DNA of 64,000 nt from Gammaproteobacteria bacterium (GTDB lineage: Bacteria; Pseudomonadota; Gammaproteobacteria; Xanthomonadales; SZUA-5): assembly GCA_030430155.1 (NCBI GenBank), contig JAUIFV010000001.1, positions 8,254 to 72,253 on the forward strand, in the 5' to 3' direction. A program made the translations under genes and the position numbers. The notes below the pieces were generated by a model. It saw only the letters and a list, made by a program, of their open reading frames with translations. It made no database searches and was not told the origin of the DNA. Within the stretch, counting starts at the first letter, position 1, and each line of letters starts with the position of its first letter. Below, piece by piece: positions 20,170 through 29,491 of this stretch.

Positions 20170-20175
20170 TGTGCC

Positions 20176-21108
20176 CTACCCATCAGCCGCCGCAATCTTC
20201 TCCAACAGCTCACCCAGCACCCGATCGGCATCGGCTACCTCCACCTGACAGGTGCCAGCAGCCGCGTGGCCGCCGCCGCCGTACTGCAGGCATAGCTCGC
20301 CGACGTGCACCTTGGCCGAGCGGTTGAGGATGGACTTGCCTACAGCCAGGGCGATGTTCTGGCGGTCTTTGCCCCACAGCACGTGGACCGAGACGCTGGC
20401 GGCGGGGAACAGGGCATAAAGGAAAAAGCGGTTGGTGGCGTAGATGGTGGTTTCATCACGCAGGTCCAGGACCACCGTGTTGCCGTGCTGTCGGGCGCAG
20501 TTCTCGATCTGCGCCCGTGCCAGGGTTTGCTGGGCGTGATAGAGATCGGCGCGCTCCTTGACGTCAGGCAGTTCCAGGATCTCGTCTATATCGTGGTCAC
20601 GGCAGTAATCAATCAGCTGCATCATCAGCTGATAGTTGGAGACCCGGAACTCACGGAATCGGCCCAGTCCGGTGCGCGCATCCATCAGGTAGTTGAGCAG
20701 CGTCCAGCCCTTGGGAGAAAGCACATCCTCCAGGCTGTACTGGGCGGAATCTGCCTGATCGACCGCATCCATCATTGCCGCGCTGACCCGTGGAAAGGCA
20801 TCGGCACCGCCGTAGTAGTTGTAGACCACCCGAGCCGCCGACGGTGCATCAGCATCGATGATCTGATTCTTCGGTTTTCCTTCGACTCGTGAGAGCTCGC
20901 TGGCGTGATGGTCAAAGGCCAGATGACAGCCCGGCACATAGGGCAGGTTGGTGGTGATGTCCTGATCGTTGATCGGGATCTTGCCGTCCTGCATGTCCTT
21001 GGGATGGACGAAGATGATTTGGTCGATCAAATCTTGCTCTTTCAGCAACACAGCACAGACCAAACCGTCGAAATCACTCCGCGTGACCAAACGATATTTG
21101 CCCGCCAT
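20176..21108 (-). CDS. DHH-family phosphoesterase-like protein
   Basis: 310 aa. RSDFDGLVC (DHH motif I-like) and LAFDHH motif. Confidence 0.6.
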   Translation of the reverse strand: MAGKYRLVTRSDFDGLVCAVLLKEQDLIDQIIFVHPKDMQDGKIPINDQDITTNLPYVPGCHLAFDHHASELSRVEGKPKNQIIDADAPSAARVVYNYYGGADAFPRVSAAMMDAVDQADSAQYSLEDVLSPKGWTLLNYLMDARTGLGRFREFRVSNYQLMMQLIDYCRDHDIDEILELPDVKERADLYHAQQTLARAQIENCARQHGNTVVLDLRDETTIYATNRFFLYALFPAASVSVHVLWGKDRQNIALAVGKSILNRSAKVHVGELCLQYGGGGHAAAGTCQVEVADADRVLGELLEKIAAADG

Positions 21109-21274
21109 TGCCCGCCCTCCCGAGGAAATGTGATCTGCATCACATTCTAGGCCCAGAAATGGGCGGTTGGACCAGCTCGGTCAAGCGAATCGCCCGTAGT
21201 CGGCGAGCTGAACAAAAAGTTCATGAAGATTAAGCAGCTCTGAACGCTATTGCGAAACCGTACTTTTGGCCCTG

Positions 21275-21445
21275 GAACTTACCCCCCGTTACCCCATCTA
21301 ATATCCCCGAGCCGACCATGTTGGCTCAGGTTCACTCCTCCCCATAGTGGACCATCCCCGGGATCGCAGGCCACTCCCCAGGCCGGCGGTCCAGTAAGCC
21401 CCAACGGCCTCGAACGTCCCCCACGTTCGGGGCCGTTTCTTTTTC
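21275..21445 (+). ncRNA. candidate structured RNA or leader with C4 motifs in unpaired positions and an intrinsic terminator
   Basis: Hairpins at 21309-21327, 21346-21375 and 21380-21410. Terminator stem CGAACGT/ACGTTCG (21411-21429, loop CCCCC) followed by TTTCTTTTT. No plus-strand gene upstream. The 5' end is unknown. Confidence 0.3.
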
Positions 21446-21448
21446 TAA

Positions 21449-21483
21449 GGGCCCAGAAGACAGGGCCCAGGGCCCAGGGCGGG
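21449..21483. repeat. solo GGGCCCA heptad block
   Basis: GGGCCCAGAAGACAGGGCCCAGGGCCCAGGGCGGG. Confidence 0.75.
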
Positions 21484-21540
21484 AGCACGCGACTGGATCT
21501 TTAGCTCATTAGCCATAAAATACTTTAGCGCTGATGAGGG

Positions 21541-22482
21541 ATGCCGTTGTCCAAGCCCGACCTGATAAGACGCAAACGAGCGGCGGTGGAAGCGCGCATA
21601 GCCGGAGCCAGTTTGCGTCGGGCTGCGGCGCTTAGCGGGCTATCGCAGCCGACCGTGATTGCCGCCTACCGGGCCTGGCAGGCGCGCGGCTGGGATGGAC
21701 TGAAGAGCGCGGCTGGCGGTCGCCCGGCGGGCTCCGGGATGAGCATCCCGCAGGCCCATTGGCAGCGCCTCTGCGCGGCGATAGCGGCAGCAGCGCCGAG
21801 CGCCTGCGGTTTGTCCGAGTTGCTTTGGAATCACGCCGCGGTCAAGCAATGGCTGGAGGCCAACCAACTGCCGATTCCGCCGCAGCGCACGCTGCATCGC
21901 TACCTGAAGGCGCTCGGCCTGGTCGGTGTGGAGGATCCCACCCAGACCGCCCCGGGCTGGTGGCGGCAGCGGGTCTATGCGCAGATCAAAGGCCGCGCCC
22001 GGGCTCTGCGTGGCGGTCTGCTGTGGCTGGACGAATGCCCATTACCGGCCGAGTTGGCAAGCGGCGAGCGCAGCGGTGGATTGTTGCGCGCCATCGACAG
22101 CCGCCGCTCGGTGTACTGCCTGGCCTGGCGCGGCAGTCTGCGTGAGGCTCAACTGGTCGATTTCTTGCAGCGCCTGACTCAGGCCCATCCAGGCAGATTG
22201 CTGCTGGTCCTAGGCCACCCGGTGTGGCTGGGCGAGGGTGCGCTGAGCGAGTGGCTGAATCGCGCTGCGCCGCGGGTGCTCAGCTATCGATTGCCCGATC
22301 AACAGGGTGCCGGCCTGGCTCGCCAGCCGCGCCCGGCGCAGATTGCTCGCACGCCGCCAGCAAGCGCGCTTCCGGGCCCGCAGCGGTCTGGCTTTGGCCC
22401 GCTGCTTAAGCAGTTAATGGCTGAACCGTCAGTAGCCAATCCTGACTATGCTCGGCGTTCAGATCAGGGACGGACCTTGGCC
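21541..22482 (+). CDS. IS630-family transposase-like protein with degenerate DDE region, in frame with cysD
   Basis: N-terminal HTH ([32 protein letters not shown]), a second wHTH ([32 protein letters not shown]) and LLWLDECPL (first D). The second catalytic position reads [11 protein letters not shown] instead of DN..H. No stop codon before the cysD ATG. Confidence 0.5.
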
Positions 22483-23376
22483 ATGGATCATCTGGATCGG
22501 CTGGAAGCCGAGAGCATTCATATCTTCCGCGAGGTGCTGGCCGAGGCCGAGCGCCCGGTGCTGCTGTATTCAATCGGCAAGGACAGCGCGGTGCTGCTGC
22601 ATCTGGCGCTGAAGGCCTTCTATCCGGCACGGCTACCCTTTCCTCTGCTGCACGTCGACACCACCTGGAAGTTCAAGGCGATGTACGCCCATCGCGATCA
22701 GCTGGTGCAGCGGCTGGGGCTGCAGCTGATCAGCTACACCAATCCCGAAGGGCTGGCCAAGGGCGTCAACCCCTTCACCCACGGCGCCAACGTGCATACC
22801 GACATCATGAAGACCCAGGCGCTGAAGCAGGCCCTGGATCTGCATCATTTCGACGTCGCCTTCGGCGGCGCCCGCCGCGACGAGGAGAAATCCCGCGCCA
22901 AGGAGCGGGTGCTGTCCTTCCGCAATGCGCAGCACCGCTGGGATCCGAAGAATCAGCGCCCGGAGCTGTGGCGGCTCTACAACGGCCGCAAGCGTCGCGG
23001 CGAGAGCCTGCGCGCCTTTCCGCTTTCGAACTGGACCGAGGCCGACGTCTGGCAGTACATCCAGCGCGAGGGCATCGAGTTGGTGCCGCTGTACCTGGCC
23101 GCCGAACGGCCGGTGGTGGAGCGCGATGGCGCGTTGATCATGGTCGACGATGAGCGCATGCCGCTGCGCGACGGCGAGGTGCCGGTGCTGCGTCGGGTGC
23201 GCTTCCGCACTCTGGGCTGCTATCCACTGACCGGCGCCATCGAGTCGGCCGCCGACACCCTGGAGGCGGTGGTTGCCGAGACCCTGGGCGCGCGCAGCTC
23301 GGAGCGCCAGGGACGAGTCATTGATCAAGACCCCAGCGCCTCGATGGAGCGCAAGAAGCAGGAGGGCTATTTCTGA
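22483..23376 (+). CDS. cysD: sulfate adenylyltransferase subunit 2
   Basis: [18 protein letters not shown]... aligns by eye with the E. coli CysD N-terminus. PP-loop SIGKDS. ~297 aa from ATG 22483. Confidence 0.9.
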   Translation: MDHLDRLEAESIHIFREVLAEAERPVLLYSIGKDSAVLLHLALKAFYPARLPFPLLHVDTTWKFKAMYAHRDQLVQRLGLQLISYTNPEGLAKGVNPFTHGANVHTDIMKTQALKQALDLHHFDVAFGGARRDEEKSRAKERVLSFRNAQHRWDPKNQRPELWRLYNGRKRRGESLRAFPLSNWTEADVWQYIQREGIELVPLYLAAERPVVERDGALIMVDDERMPLRDGEVPVLRRVRFRTLGCYPLTGAIESAADTLEAVVAETLGARSSERQGRVIDQDPSASMERKKQEGYF

Positions 23377-25256
23377 TGGCCGAGGAGCATACCGAAACGT
23401 CCGACAAGGCCACCGAACTGCTCAAGTTCATCACCTGTGGCAGCGTTGATGACGGCAAGAGCACCCTGTTGGGGCGCTTGCTGTACGAATCCCAGCAGCT
23501 CTTCGACGATCAGCTGGCAACCCTACAGAGCGACTCTCAGCGAGTCGGCACCCAGGGCTCCGACCTCGACTTCGCGCTGCTGGTCGACGGCCTGGAGGCC
23601 GAGCGCGAACAGGGCATCACGATCGACGTCGCCTATCGCTACTTCGCCACCAGCGCGCGGCGCTTCATCGTCGCCGACACCCCTGGCCACGAGCAGTACA
23701 CGCGCAACATGGTCACCGGCGCCTCCAGCGCCGATCTGGCGGTGCTGCTGGTGGACGCGCGCAAGGGCCTGCTGACGCAGACCCGGCGGCACAGCTATCT
23801 GGTTTCGCTGCTCGGCATCTCCCAGGTGGTGCTGGCGGTGAACAAGATGGATCTGGTCAACTACTCCGAGCAGGTCTTTGAGCGAATCGTCGCCGAGTAC
23901 CTGCCCTTCGCCAAGCGGCTGGGCATCAACAGCGTCCATGCGGTGCCAATCTCGGCACTGCGCGGCGACAACGTCACTCAGCCCAGCGAGGCTCTGGGCT
24001 GGTTCCACGGCTCTACCCTGCTGGGCATACTGGAAACGGTGCCGACCGATCAGCGCGGTCTGCAGGACGCGCCGGTGCGGATGCCGGTGCAGTGGGTGAA
24101 CCGACCTTCGCAGGATTTCCGCGGTTATGCCGGCACGGTGGTCGCCGGCGCAGTACGGCCGGGCGACAGCATTCGCGTGCTGCCCTCGGCGCGCACCGCC
24201 ACGGTGGCCCGCATCGTCACCGCCGACGGCGATCTGGACCAGGCCAGCGTCGGCCAGGCGGTCACCCTGACTTTGGCCGAGGAGATCGATATCTCCAGAG
24301 GCGATCTGCTCTGCGCTGCCAACGATCCGGCCGAAGTGGCCGATCAGTTTGAGGCCACCGTGGTGTGGATGGCCGATGAGCCGCTGCTGGCCAGCCGACC
24401 CTATCTGGCCAAGATCGGCACCCGCACCGTCGGCGTGCAGATCAGCGCCATCAAGCACCGCATCAACGTCAACACGCTGGAGCATCTGGCCGCCAAGCAG
24501 CTGGAACTCAACGACATCGCCTCGGTGAACCTGAGCTTCGATCAGCCCGTCGCCTTCGATCCCTACAAGGTCAATCGCGACACCGGCGGACTGATACTGA
24601 TCGACCGCCAAAGCCAACAGACCATCGGCGCCGGGATGCTCAACTTTGCCCTGCGCCGGGCCCACAACATTCACCGCCAGGCGCTGGACGTGGACAAGGC
24701 GCTGCGCGCCAAGCTGAAGAACCAGCACGGCTGCGTGCTGTGGTTCACCGGTCTGTCCGGCGCGGGCAAATCGACCATCGCCAACGCGGTCGAAAAGCAG
24801 CTGGCGGCGCTGGGCCATCACACCTATCTGCTCGACGGCGACAACGTCCGTCACGGCCTCAATCGCGATCTGGGCTTCACCGACGCCGACCGGGTCGAAA
24901 ACATCCGCCGCATCGGCGAAGTGGCCAAGCTGATGGTCGATGCCGGCCTGATCGTGCTCACCGCCTTCATCTCGCCCTTCCGCGCCGAGCGCGCGCTGGC
25001 GCGCGGGCTGGTGGAGGCCGGCGAGTTCGTCGAGATCCACGTCGACACCCCGCTCAAGCTGGCTGAGGAGCGCGATCCGAAGGGGCTGTACCGCAAAGCC
25101 AGACGCGGCGAGCTGCGCAACTTCACCGGCATCGATTCGCCCTATGAAGCGCCGGAGCAGCCCGAGCTGCGCATCGATACCACGCAGTGTGATGTGGAGG
25201 AGGCGGCTGAGCGGGTGATTGCGGCGCTGCGGGAGCGGGGGGCCTTAGCTAGCTAG
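23376..25256 (+). CDS. cysNC: bifunctional sulfate adenylyltransferase subunit 1 / adenylylsulfate kinase
   Basis: GTPase motifs [14 protein letters not shown] and NKMD. C-terminal APS kinase P-loop GLSGAGKST. The ATG overlaps the cysD stop (TGATG). Confidence 0.9.
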   Translation: MAEEHTETSDKATELLKFITCGSVDDGKSTLLGRLLYESQQLFDDQLATLQSDSQRVGTQGSDLDFALLVDGLEAEREQGITIDVAYRYFATSARRFIVADTPGHEQYTRNMVTGASSADLAVLLVDARKGLLTQTRRHSYLVSLLGISQVVLAVNKMDLVNYSEQVFERIVAEYLPFAKRLGINSVHAVPISALRGDNVTQPSEALGWFHGSTLLGILETVPTDQRGLQDAPVRMPVQWVNRPSQDFRGYAGTVVAGAVRPGDSIRVLPSARTATVARIVTADGDLDQASVGQAVTLTLAEEIDISRGDLLCAANDPAEVADQFEATVVWMADEPLLASRPYLAKIGTRTVGVQISAIKHRINVNTLEHLAAKQLELNDIASVNLSFDQPVAFDPYKVNRDTGGLILIDRQSQQTIGAGMLNFALRRAHNIHRQALDVDKALRAKLKNQHGCVLWFTGLSGAGKSTIANAVEKQLAALGHHTYLLDGDNVRHGLNRDLGFTDADRVENIRRIGEVAKLMVDAGLIVLTAFISPFRAERALARGLVEAGEFVEIHVDTPLKLAEERDPKGLYRKARRGELRNFTGIDSPYEAPEQPELRIDTTQCDVEEAAERVIAALRERGALAS

Positions 25257-25263
25257 GAGCAAA

Positions 25264-25348
25264 GAAAGGGCCCAGGGCCCAGGGCCCAGGAAGTCCAGAG
25301 CGCGCTTTGGGCTGTTTCTGGGCCCTGGGCCCTCTGCCCTGGGCCCTC
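25264..25348. repeat. GGGCCCA heptad palindrome between convergent cysNC and MoxR-like genes
   Basis: (GGGCCCA)3GG at 25268-25290. TGGGCCC TGGGCCC TCTGCCC TGGGCCC at 25319-25346. Confidence 0.8.
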
Positions 25349-25369
25349 GCGGCGCCAAGCGCTGCGCAC

Positions 25370-26965
25370 CTACTTCCCCGTCAACCAATCCAAATAAGCC
25401 CGATACCTCTGATGCATATACTTCAAGGTCAGCAGATCGTCCCATAGCGGCCCGTACAGCTTGCGACCGCGGGTCCATTCGCCGATCAATCGTTCGATGC
25501 GATTGAGGCGGCGCTCGACTTCCTTCTCGGTCAGGCCGTCCAGGCCCTGCGCCAGTTCGTCGGCCAGATAGGCCACCGAATCGTTGTTGTCGCGGTCCTG
25601 GCGGTCGTATTCGGCGCAGGACAGATCCCACAGCTTGTGGATCCAGCCGACCCGGTCGGACTTGTAGCCGGCGTTCTGTTCGGCGTCAAAAAAGGGCGCT
25701 TCGTGGAAGGGCACCAGACGATCGTGGAGCACGAAGGGCAGCACGTTGCGCAGATCCTCCATGCCCACTTCGCTCTGACCGCGGAACCAGGCGATGCCCT
25801 TGGCGTAGAGCAATATGGTCATCAGCGCCCGTACCGACAGCCCGTTGGTGGTCTGCAGGCCCAGATCGGCCAACGCATCCTTGCCGCTCTCCCGCGCGCT
25901 GAACTCCGAAAAAGGCAGCCCGGAGAGCCGCGCGGTGTCCTTGGCGCGGTACTCGAACTTGGCCGCGGCCGGCTCGAAGAACTCGAACTGGCTGACGAAG
26001 AACTCCAGCCGCCGGCGCAGCGCCAGGGCGATCGGTAGCCCCCGAATGGCCTTGCCAACGGCGTCAATCTCCTCTTCGCTGAAGCGGATCGCCGCCGGCA
26101 TCGCCTGTTCCGGACGCACGTCCTGCTCGATGCGAAACATCAGCTCGTCCAGAAAACGGGGCACGAAGTGCAGGGTCTTGACCACCACGTCGATGCGGTC
26201 ACGCAGCGCCTCGATGACCTGGTAGGTGCCGCCGCCGGCATCGTCATTGGCGGTCAGGAACCAGGCCGACTCCGGGCACTCGTAGATCTGGTCCATGATC
26301 TCGGCATAGCCGTCGCCCATTACCGTGAGCAGCGCGCTCTGGGTGCGGGTGGGAATGCGGTTGTATTCGTCGATGATCTTCACCCGCAGTCCCAGCCATT
26401 CGCGCCAGGCGATGCGGATCTCGCTGCTTTTTTGGGCCTTGATCAGATCGGCCGGCAGCGGATTGCCGAGCAGGTCGGCGATGGTCATCTGCGGCTGCCC
26501 GTGCTGCATCGCCCGACGCACCTGCTTGAGGCTGTAGCCGGCCATCATGCCGAGCAGGATCGCGCTGGCGGTCTTGCCGCGTCCCGGCCCGCCGACCAGC
26601 AGACAGCGCCGGCGCAGCGCGAAGGTGAGCAGCGGCATCAGCACGAAGCTGGAGTAGCTCTGCGCCCCGGGCAGAGTGAATTCGGCCTTGCTGTCGCCGA
26701 TCAAAAAGGTCTGCGGCGCCCGATCGCCGTGGTATTCCAGATCGTAGTGCGGGCTGATGATGGCGTGATTGACGATCCAGAAATAGGCTTGGCGCAGCCG
26801 CTCATCGAGATCCGCGCTGGACTCGCCCGCGCTTTCACCAGTCGGCGCCGGGCCGCTGTAGAGCTCCGCCACATCAAAGGCATTGCCGCGCCCGCGTCCC
26901 TGCGGCAGGGTCGGCGAGGCGGAGACGTGGGCGTAGTGGTCGGTGGCTTTGGCCATTGCTTGCAT
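25370..26965 (-). CDS. MoxR-like AAA+ ATPase with extended N- and C-terminal regions
   Basis: Walker A GGPGRGKT, Walker B IIDEYNR, and MoxR-like QSALLTVM and EALRDRI segments. Start trimmed to MQAMAKATD (26965) because upstream codons translate a repeat element. Confidence 0.75.
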   Translation of the reverse strand: MQAMAKATDHYAHVSASPTLPQGRGRGNAFDVAELYSGPAPTGESAGESSADLDERLRQAYFWIVNHAIISPHYDLEYHGDRAPQTFLIGDSKAEFTLPGAQSYSSFVLMPLLTFALRRRCLLVGGPGRGKTASAILLGMMAGYSLKQVRRAMQHGQPQMTIADLLGNPLPADLIKAQKSSEIRIAWREWLGLRVKIIDEYNRIPTRTQSALLTVMGDGYAEIMDQIYECPESAWFLTANDDAGGGTYQVIEALRDRIDVVVKTLHFVPRFLDELMFRIEQDVRPEQAMPAAIRFSEEEIDAVGKAIRGLPIALALRRRLEFFVSQFEFFEPAAAKFEYRAKDTARLSGLPFSEFSARESGKDALADLGLQTTNGLSVRALMTILLYAKGIAWFRGQSEVGMEDLRNVLPFVLHDRLVPFHEAPFFDAEQNAGYKSDRVGWIHKLWDLSCAEYDRQDRDNNDSVAYLADELAQGLDGLTEKEVERRLNRIERLIGEWTRGRKLYGPLWDDLLTLKYMHQRYRAYLDWLTGK

Positions 26966-26985
26966 TATGGCTGATGCAAGGGGTA

Positions 26986-27173
26986 GGGCCCAGGGCCTGG
27001 GCCCAGAAGAGCCGGATCCGGCGTAGCTGGGACCGCGGGCTTCGTGCCCGCACGCTGTTGGCTCCTGAACTGAACCGAGGACCAAGAGCCCAAGGCCCAG
27101 CAAAGCCCGGCCCCGCGCGCTCTTGACCTCCTGGGCCCTAAGCCCTGGGCCCTAAGCCCTGGGCCCTGTGCCC
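26986..27173. repeat. 188-bp heptad-terminated element in the divergent MoxR/protease intergenic region
   Basis: Left end GGGCCCAGGGCCTGGGCCCAGAAGAGCC. Right end GCTCTTG...(TGGGCCC TAAGCCC)x2 TGGGCCC TGTGCCC. Confidence 0.8.
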
Positions 27174-27251
27174 TCGTTCTTCTTACCCACGCCCTGCCGA
27201 CCCGCGCATGGCTATACTGCAGCGCAGATTCACCGCGCCTTCCGGAGCCCC

Positions 27252-28502
27252 ATGCGCCTGCTCGTTTTATCCCTATTGCTGCTGCTGTTGATCGCCACGC
27301 CGCTACGCGCTCAGGACTGGAGTACCGAAGAGGTCTTCGCCCGCTACAAGGAAGCGGTGGTGCAGGTGCGCATCATCGATGAGCGCGGCGGCGAGAAATC
27401 CTCGCTGGGCTCGGGATTCTTCATCAGCGATGCCGGCGAGATCATCAGCAACTACCACGTGGTCGCCGATCTGGTTGAGCACCCTGGCCAGTATCGCGCC
27501 GAATACGTGCTCGACGACGGCAGCAGCGGTGAACTGACCCTGCTCGACGTCGACGTGGTGCACGATTTGTCGCTGCTGCAGGCCAAGGATGTGCGCCGGC
27601 CCTTCCTGGCCATCGAATCCAACCTGCCGGCCAAAGGGGAGCGCCTGTATGCCTTCGGCAATCCCTACGACCTGGGCATGACCATCATCGAGGGGACCTA
27701 CAACGGCCTGCTCGAGAAATCGCTGTATGAGCGCATCCATTTCAGCGGCTCTATCAATCCGGGGATGAGCGGCGGGCCCACCGTGGATCGCAACGGCAAC
27801 GTGATCGGGATCAACGTCGCCACCGCCGGCAATCAGGTCAGTTTTCTGATCCCGGCCGGCTTTCTGCTCAACCTGCTGGAGGCAGGCAGCGGCAGCGAAC
27901 AGGATCTGCACGAGCGCATCGGTGGTCAGCTGTATGCCAACCAGCAGCGCTATCTGGAGGAGCTGACCGCGCAGCCGCTGGTCACTGCCCGGCTCGGCGA
28001 CTTCGAGATCCCCGGCAAGCTGGGCAACTACATCAACTGCTCCTCGCACAGCGATCAAAGCTCCGATCGGCTGGTCGATACGGTCGCCTACAGCTGCTAC
28101 ACCGACGAGAACATCTACCTGAGCGATCAGCTCAACACCGGCGCCATACGCATGGAGCACACCTTGCACAGCACCGATGCGCTCGGTCAGCTGCGCTTCT
28201 GGGCGCTGATGGAGAACAATTTCTCCCGCTTCTACGGCGGCTTCGGCGGCGATGAGGACAGCATGAGCGATTTCGCCTGTCAGACCGAGGCGGTGGACCG
28301 CGGCGATCTGCCGCTGAAGGTGGTGCTTTGCGTGCGCGCCTACCGGCAGTATCCGGGGCTGTTCGATCTGGTCCAGCGCCAAATCACCCTGAATCGGCCG
28401 CGCGAGGCGCTGACCTCCACCCTGGTCCTGACCGGGGTCAGCATCGACCACGGACTGCGCTTCGCCCAAGCCGTATTGGAGAGCGTGAAATGGACCCCGT
28501 AG
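27252..28502 (+). CDS. secreted trypsin-like (S1C/Trypsin_2) serine protease with Cys-containing C-terminal domain
   Basis: Signal peptide MRLLVLSLLLLLLIATPLRA. Triad context NYHVV, HDLSLL and GMSGGP. ~190-aa C-terminal extension with 4 Cys. Confidence 0.8.
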   Translation: MRLLVLSLLLLLLIATPLRAQDWSTEEVFARYKEAVVQVRIIDERGGEKSSLGSGFFISDAGEIISNYHVVADLVEHPGQYRAEYVLDDGSSGELTLLDVDVVHDLSLLQAKDVRRPFLAIESNLPAKGERLYAFGNPYDLGMTIIEGTYNGLLEKSLYERIHFSGSINPGMSGGPTVDRNGNVIGINVATAGNQVSFLIPAGFLLNLLEAGSGSEQDLHERIGGQLYANQQRYLEELTAQPLVTARLGDFEIPGKLGNYINCSSHSDQSSDRLVDTVAYSCYTDENIYLSDQLNTGAIRMEHTLHSTDALGQLRFWALMENNFSRFYGGFGGDEDSMSDFACQTEAVDRGDLPLKVVLCVRAYRQYPGLFDLVQRQITLNRPREALTSTLVLTGVSIDHGLRFAQAVLESVKWTP

Positions 28503-29482
28503 CGATGACGCCGGAGCGCGTCGATGCGGTGCTGGAAGTGCACGAGCGCAGCGGTGCGCTGCGCGAGCGGGTGCGGATCAGCGGCGATCGGCTGACCATC
28601 GGCCGCGCGCTGGACAATGATCTGGTGCTGGAGGACCCCTTCGTTTGCGCCCATCACGCCGAGCTGCACTGGGGCGACGAAGGCTGGACCCTGGTCGATC
28701 TGAACAGCGTCAACGGCCTGCGTTTGGCCGATAGTCATCAGCGCCTGGACAAGATCGCTCTGGCCGGACCGATGGATCTGCGAATCGGCCATACCGCGCT
28801 GCGTTTTCGCAGCTGCGATGAGCAGATTGCCGCGGCCCGCGTCGATCCCACCGGCGGGCGCTGGTCGCGACTGCTGGCTCAGGTTCCGGTCGCGCTGGGG
28901 GTGGCGCTGCTGGCGGCCCTGCTGATTGCCCTGCAGCAGCATCTCAACCAGGTCGAGCATCGCGACTGGCTGCCGGCGCTGGCCGGTTCGGTGGGCAGCG
29001 TCACCACGCTGGTGATCTGGGCGCTGGCCTGGGCCCTGATCAATCGCGTCTTCGCGCATCGGTTGAACTACCCTGCGCACCTGAGTATCGGCGCGCTGTG
29101 CATGCTCGGTGCGCTGCTCGGTAACACCCTGTTCGAATACCTGCTGTTCGCCCTGGGCGGCGACGGTCTGCAGGGCGGCTTGGCCATGCTGACCCTGTTC
29201 GGCTTCCTGGCGGTCGCGCTATGGGGCCATCTGGGGGTGATCACACACGGCTCCAGACGTCGCCAGGCGCTGGTCGCGGCCAGCGTCAGCCTGCTGCTCT
29301 ATCTGGTTTTCAACCTGCCGCAGCAGGTCCGCGACGACCACAGCAACGCCCCGGAATTTTCCGCCCTGCTCAAGCCCCCCGCCTTCCAAGTGACCTCCGG
29401 CTTGAGCAGCGATCACTTTTATACGCGAGCGGCGCAGCTGGCGGCGGACGTCGAGGCGGAGGCTGAAAGCGAGTCCCAGTAG
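28490..29482 (+). CDS. FHA-domain membrane protein (N-terminal FHA, ~6 TM)
   Basis: The ATG at 28490 overlaps the protease stop by 13 nt. FHA core is TIGRALDNDLVLEDPFVCAHHAEL...NSVNGLRL. Hydrophobic C-terminal half. Confidence 0.75.
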   Translation: MDPVAMTPERVDAVLEVHERSGALRERVRISGDRLTIGRALDNDLVLEDPFVCAHHAELHWGDEGWTLVDLNSVNGLRLADSHQRLDKIALAGPMDLRIGHTALRFRSCDEQIAAARVDPTGGRWSRLLAQVPVALGVALLAALLIALQQHLNQVEHRDWLPALAGSVGSVTTLVIWALAWALINRVFAHRLNYPAHLSIGALCMLGALLGNTLFEYLLFALGGDGLQGGLAMLTLFGFLAVALWGHLGVITHGSRRRQALVAASVSLLLYLVFNLPQQVRDDHSNAPEFSALLKPPAFQVTSGLSSDHFYTRAAQLAADVEAEAESESQ

Positions 29483-29491
29483 CTTGGTCAA

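Noticed and set aside
21250-21504. 84-aa Pro-rich plus-strand ORF, and the similar ORF 50392-50673
   Set aside because: They simply translate C-tract-rich non-coding DNA (PPLP, PHFTPFHPHF). There is no RBS and the composition is implausible.
23523-25040. 505-aa minus-strand ORF opposite cysNC
   Set aside because: This is an antisense artefact. CysN/CysC motifs on the plus strand are unambiguous.
26966-27251. N-terminal extensions of the MoxR-like (to 27103) and protease (from 27168) ORFs. Similar extensions occur at 31781-32095, 45863-46018, 17936-18127 and 43381-43434.
   Set aside because: The extensions translate repeat elements or lack signal-peptide logic. Internal Met codons give canonical N-termini (signal peptides, lipoboxes, conserved starts).
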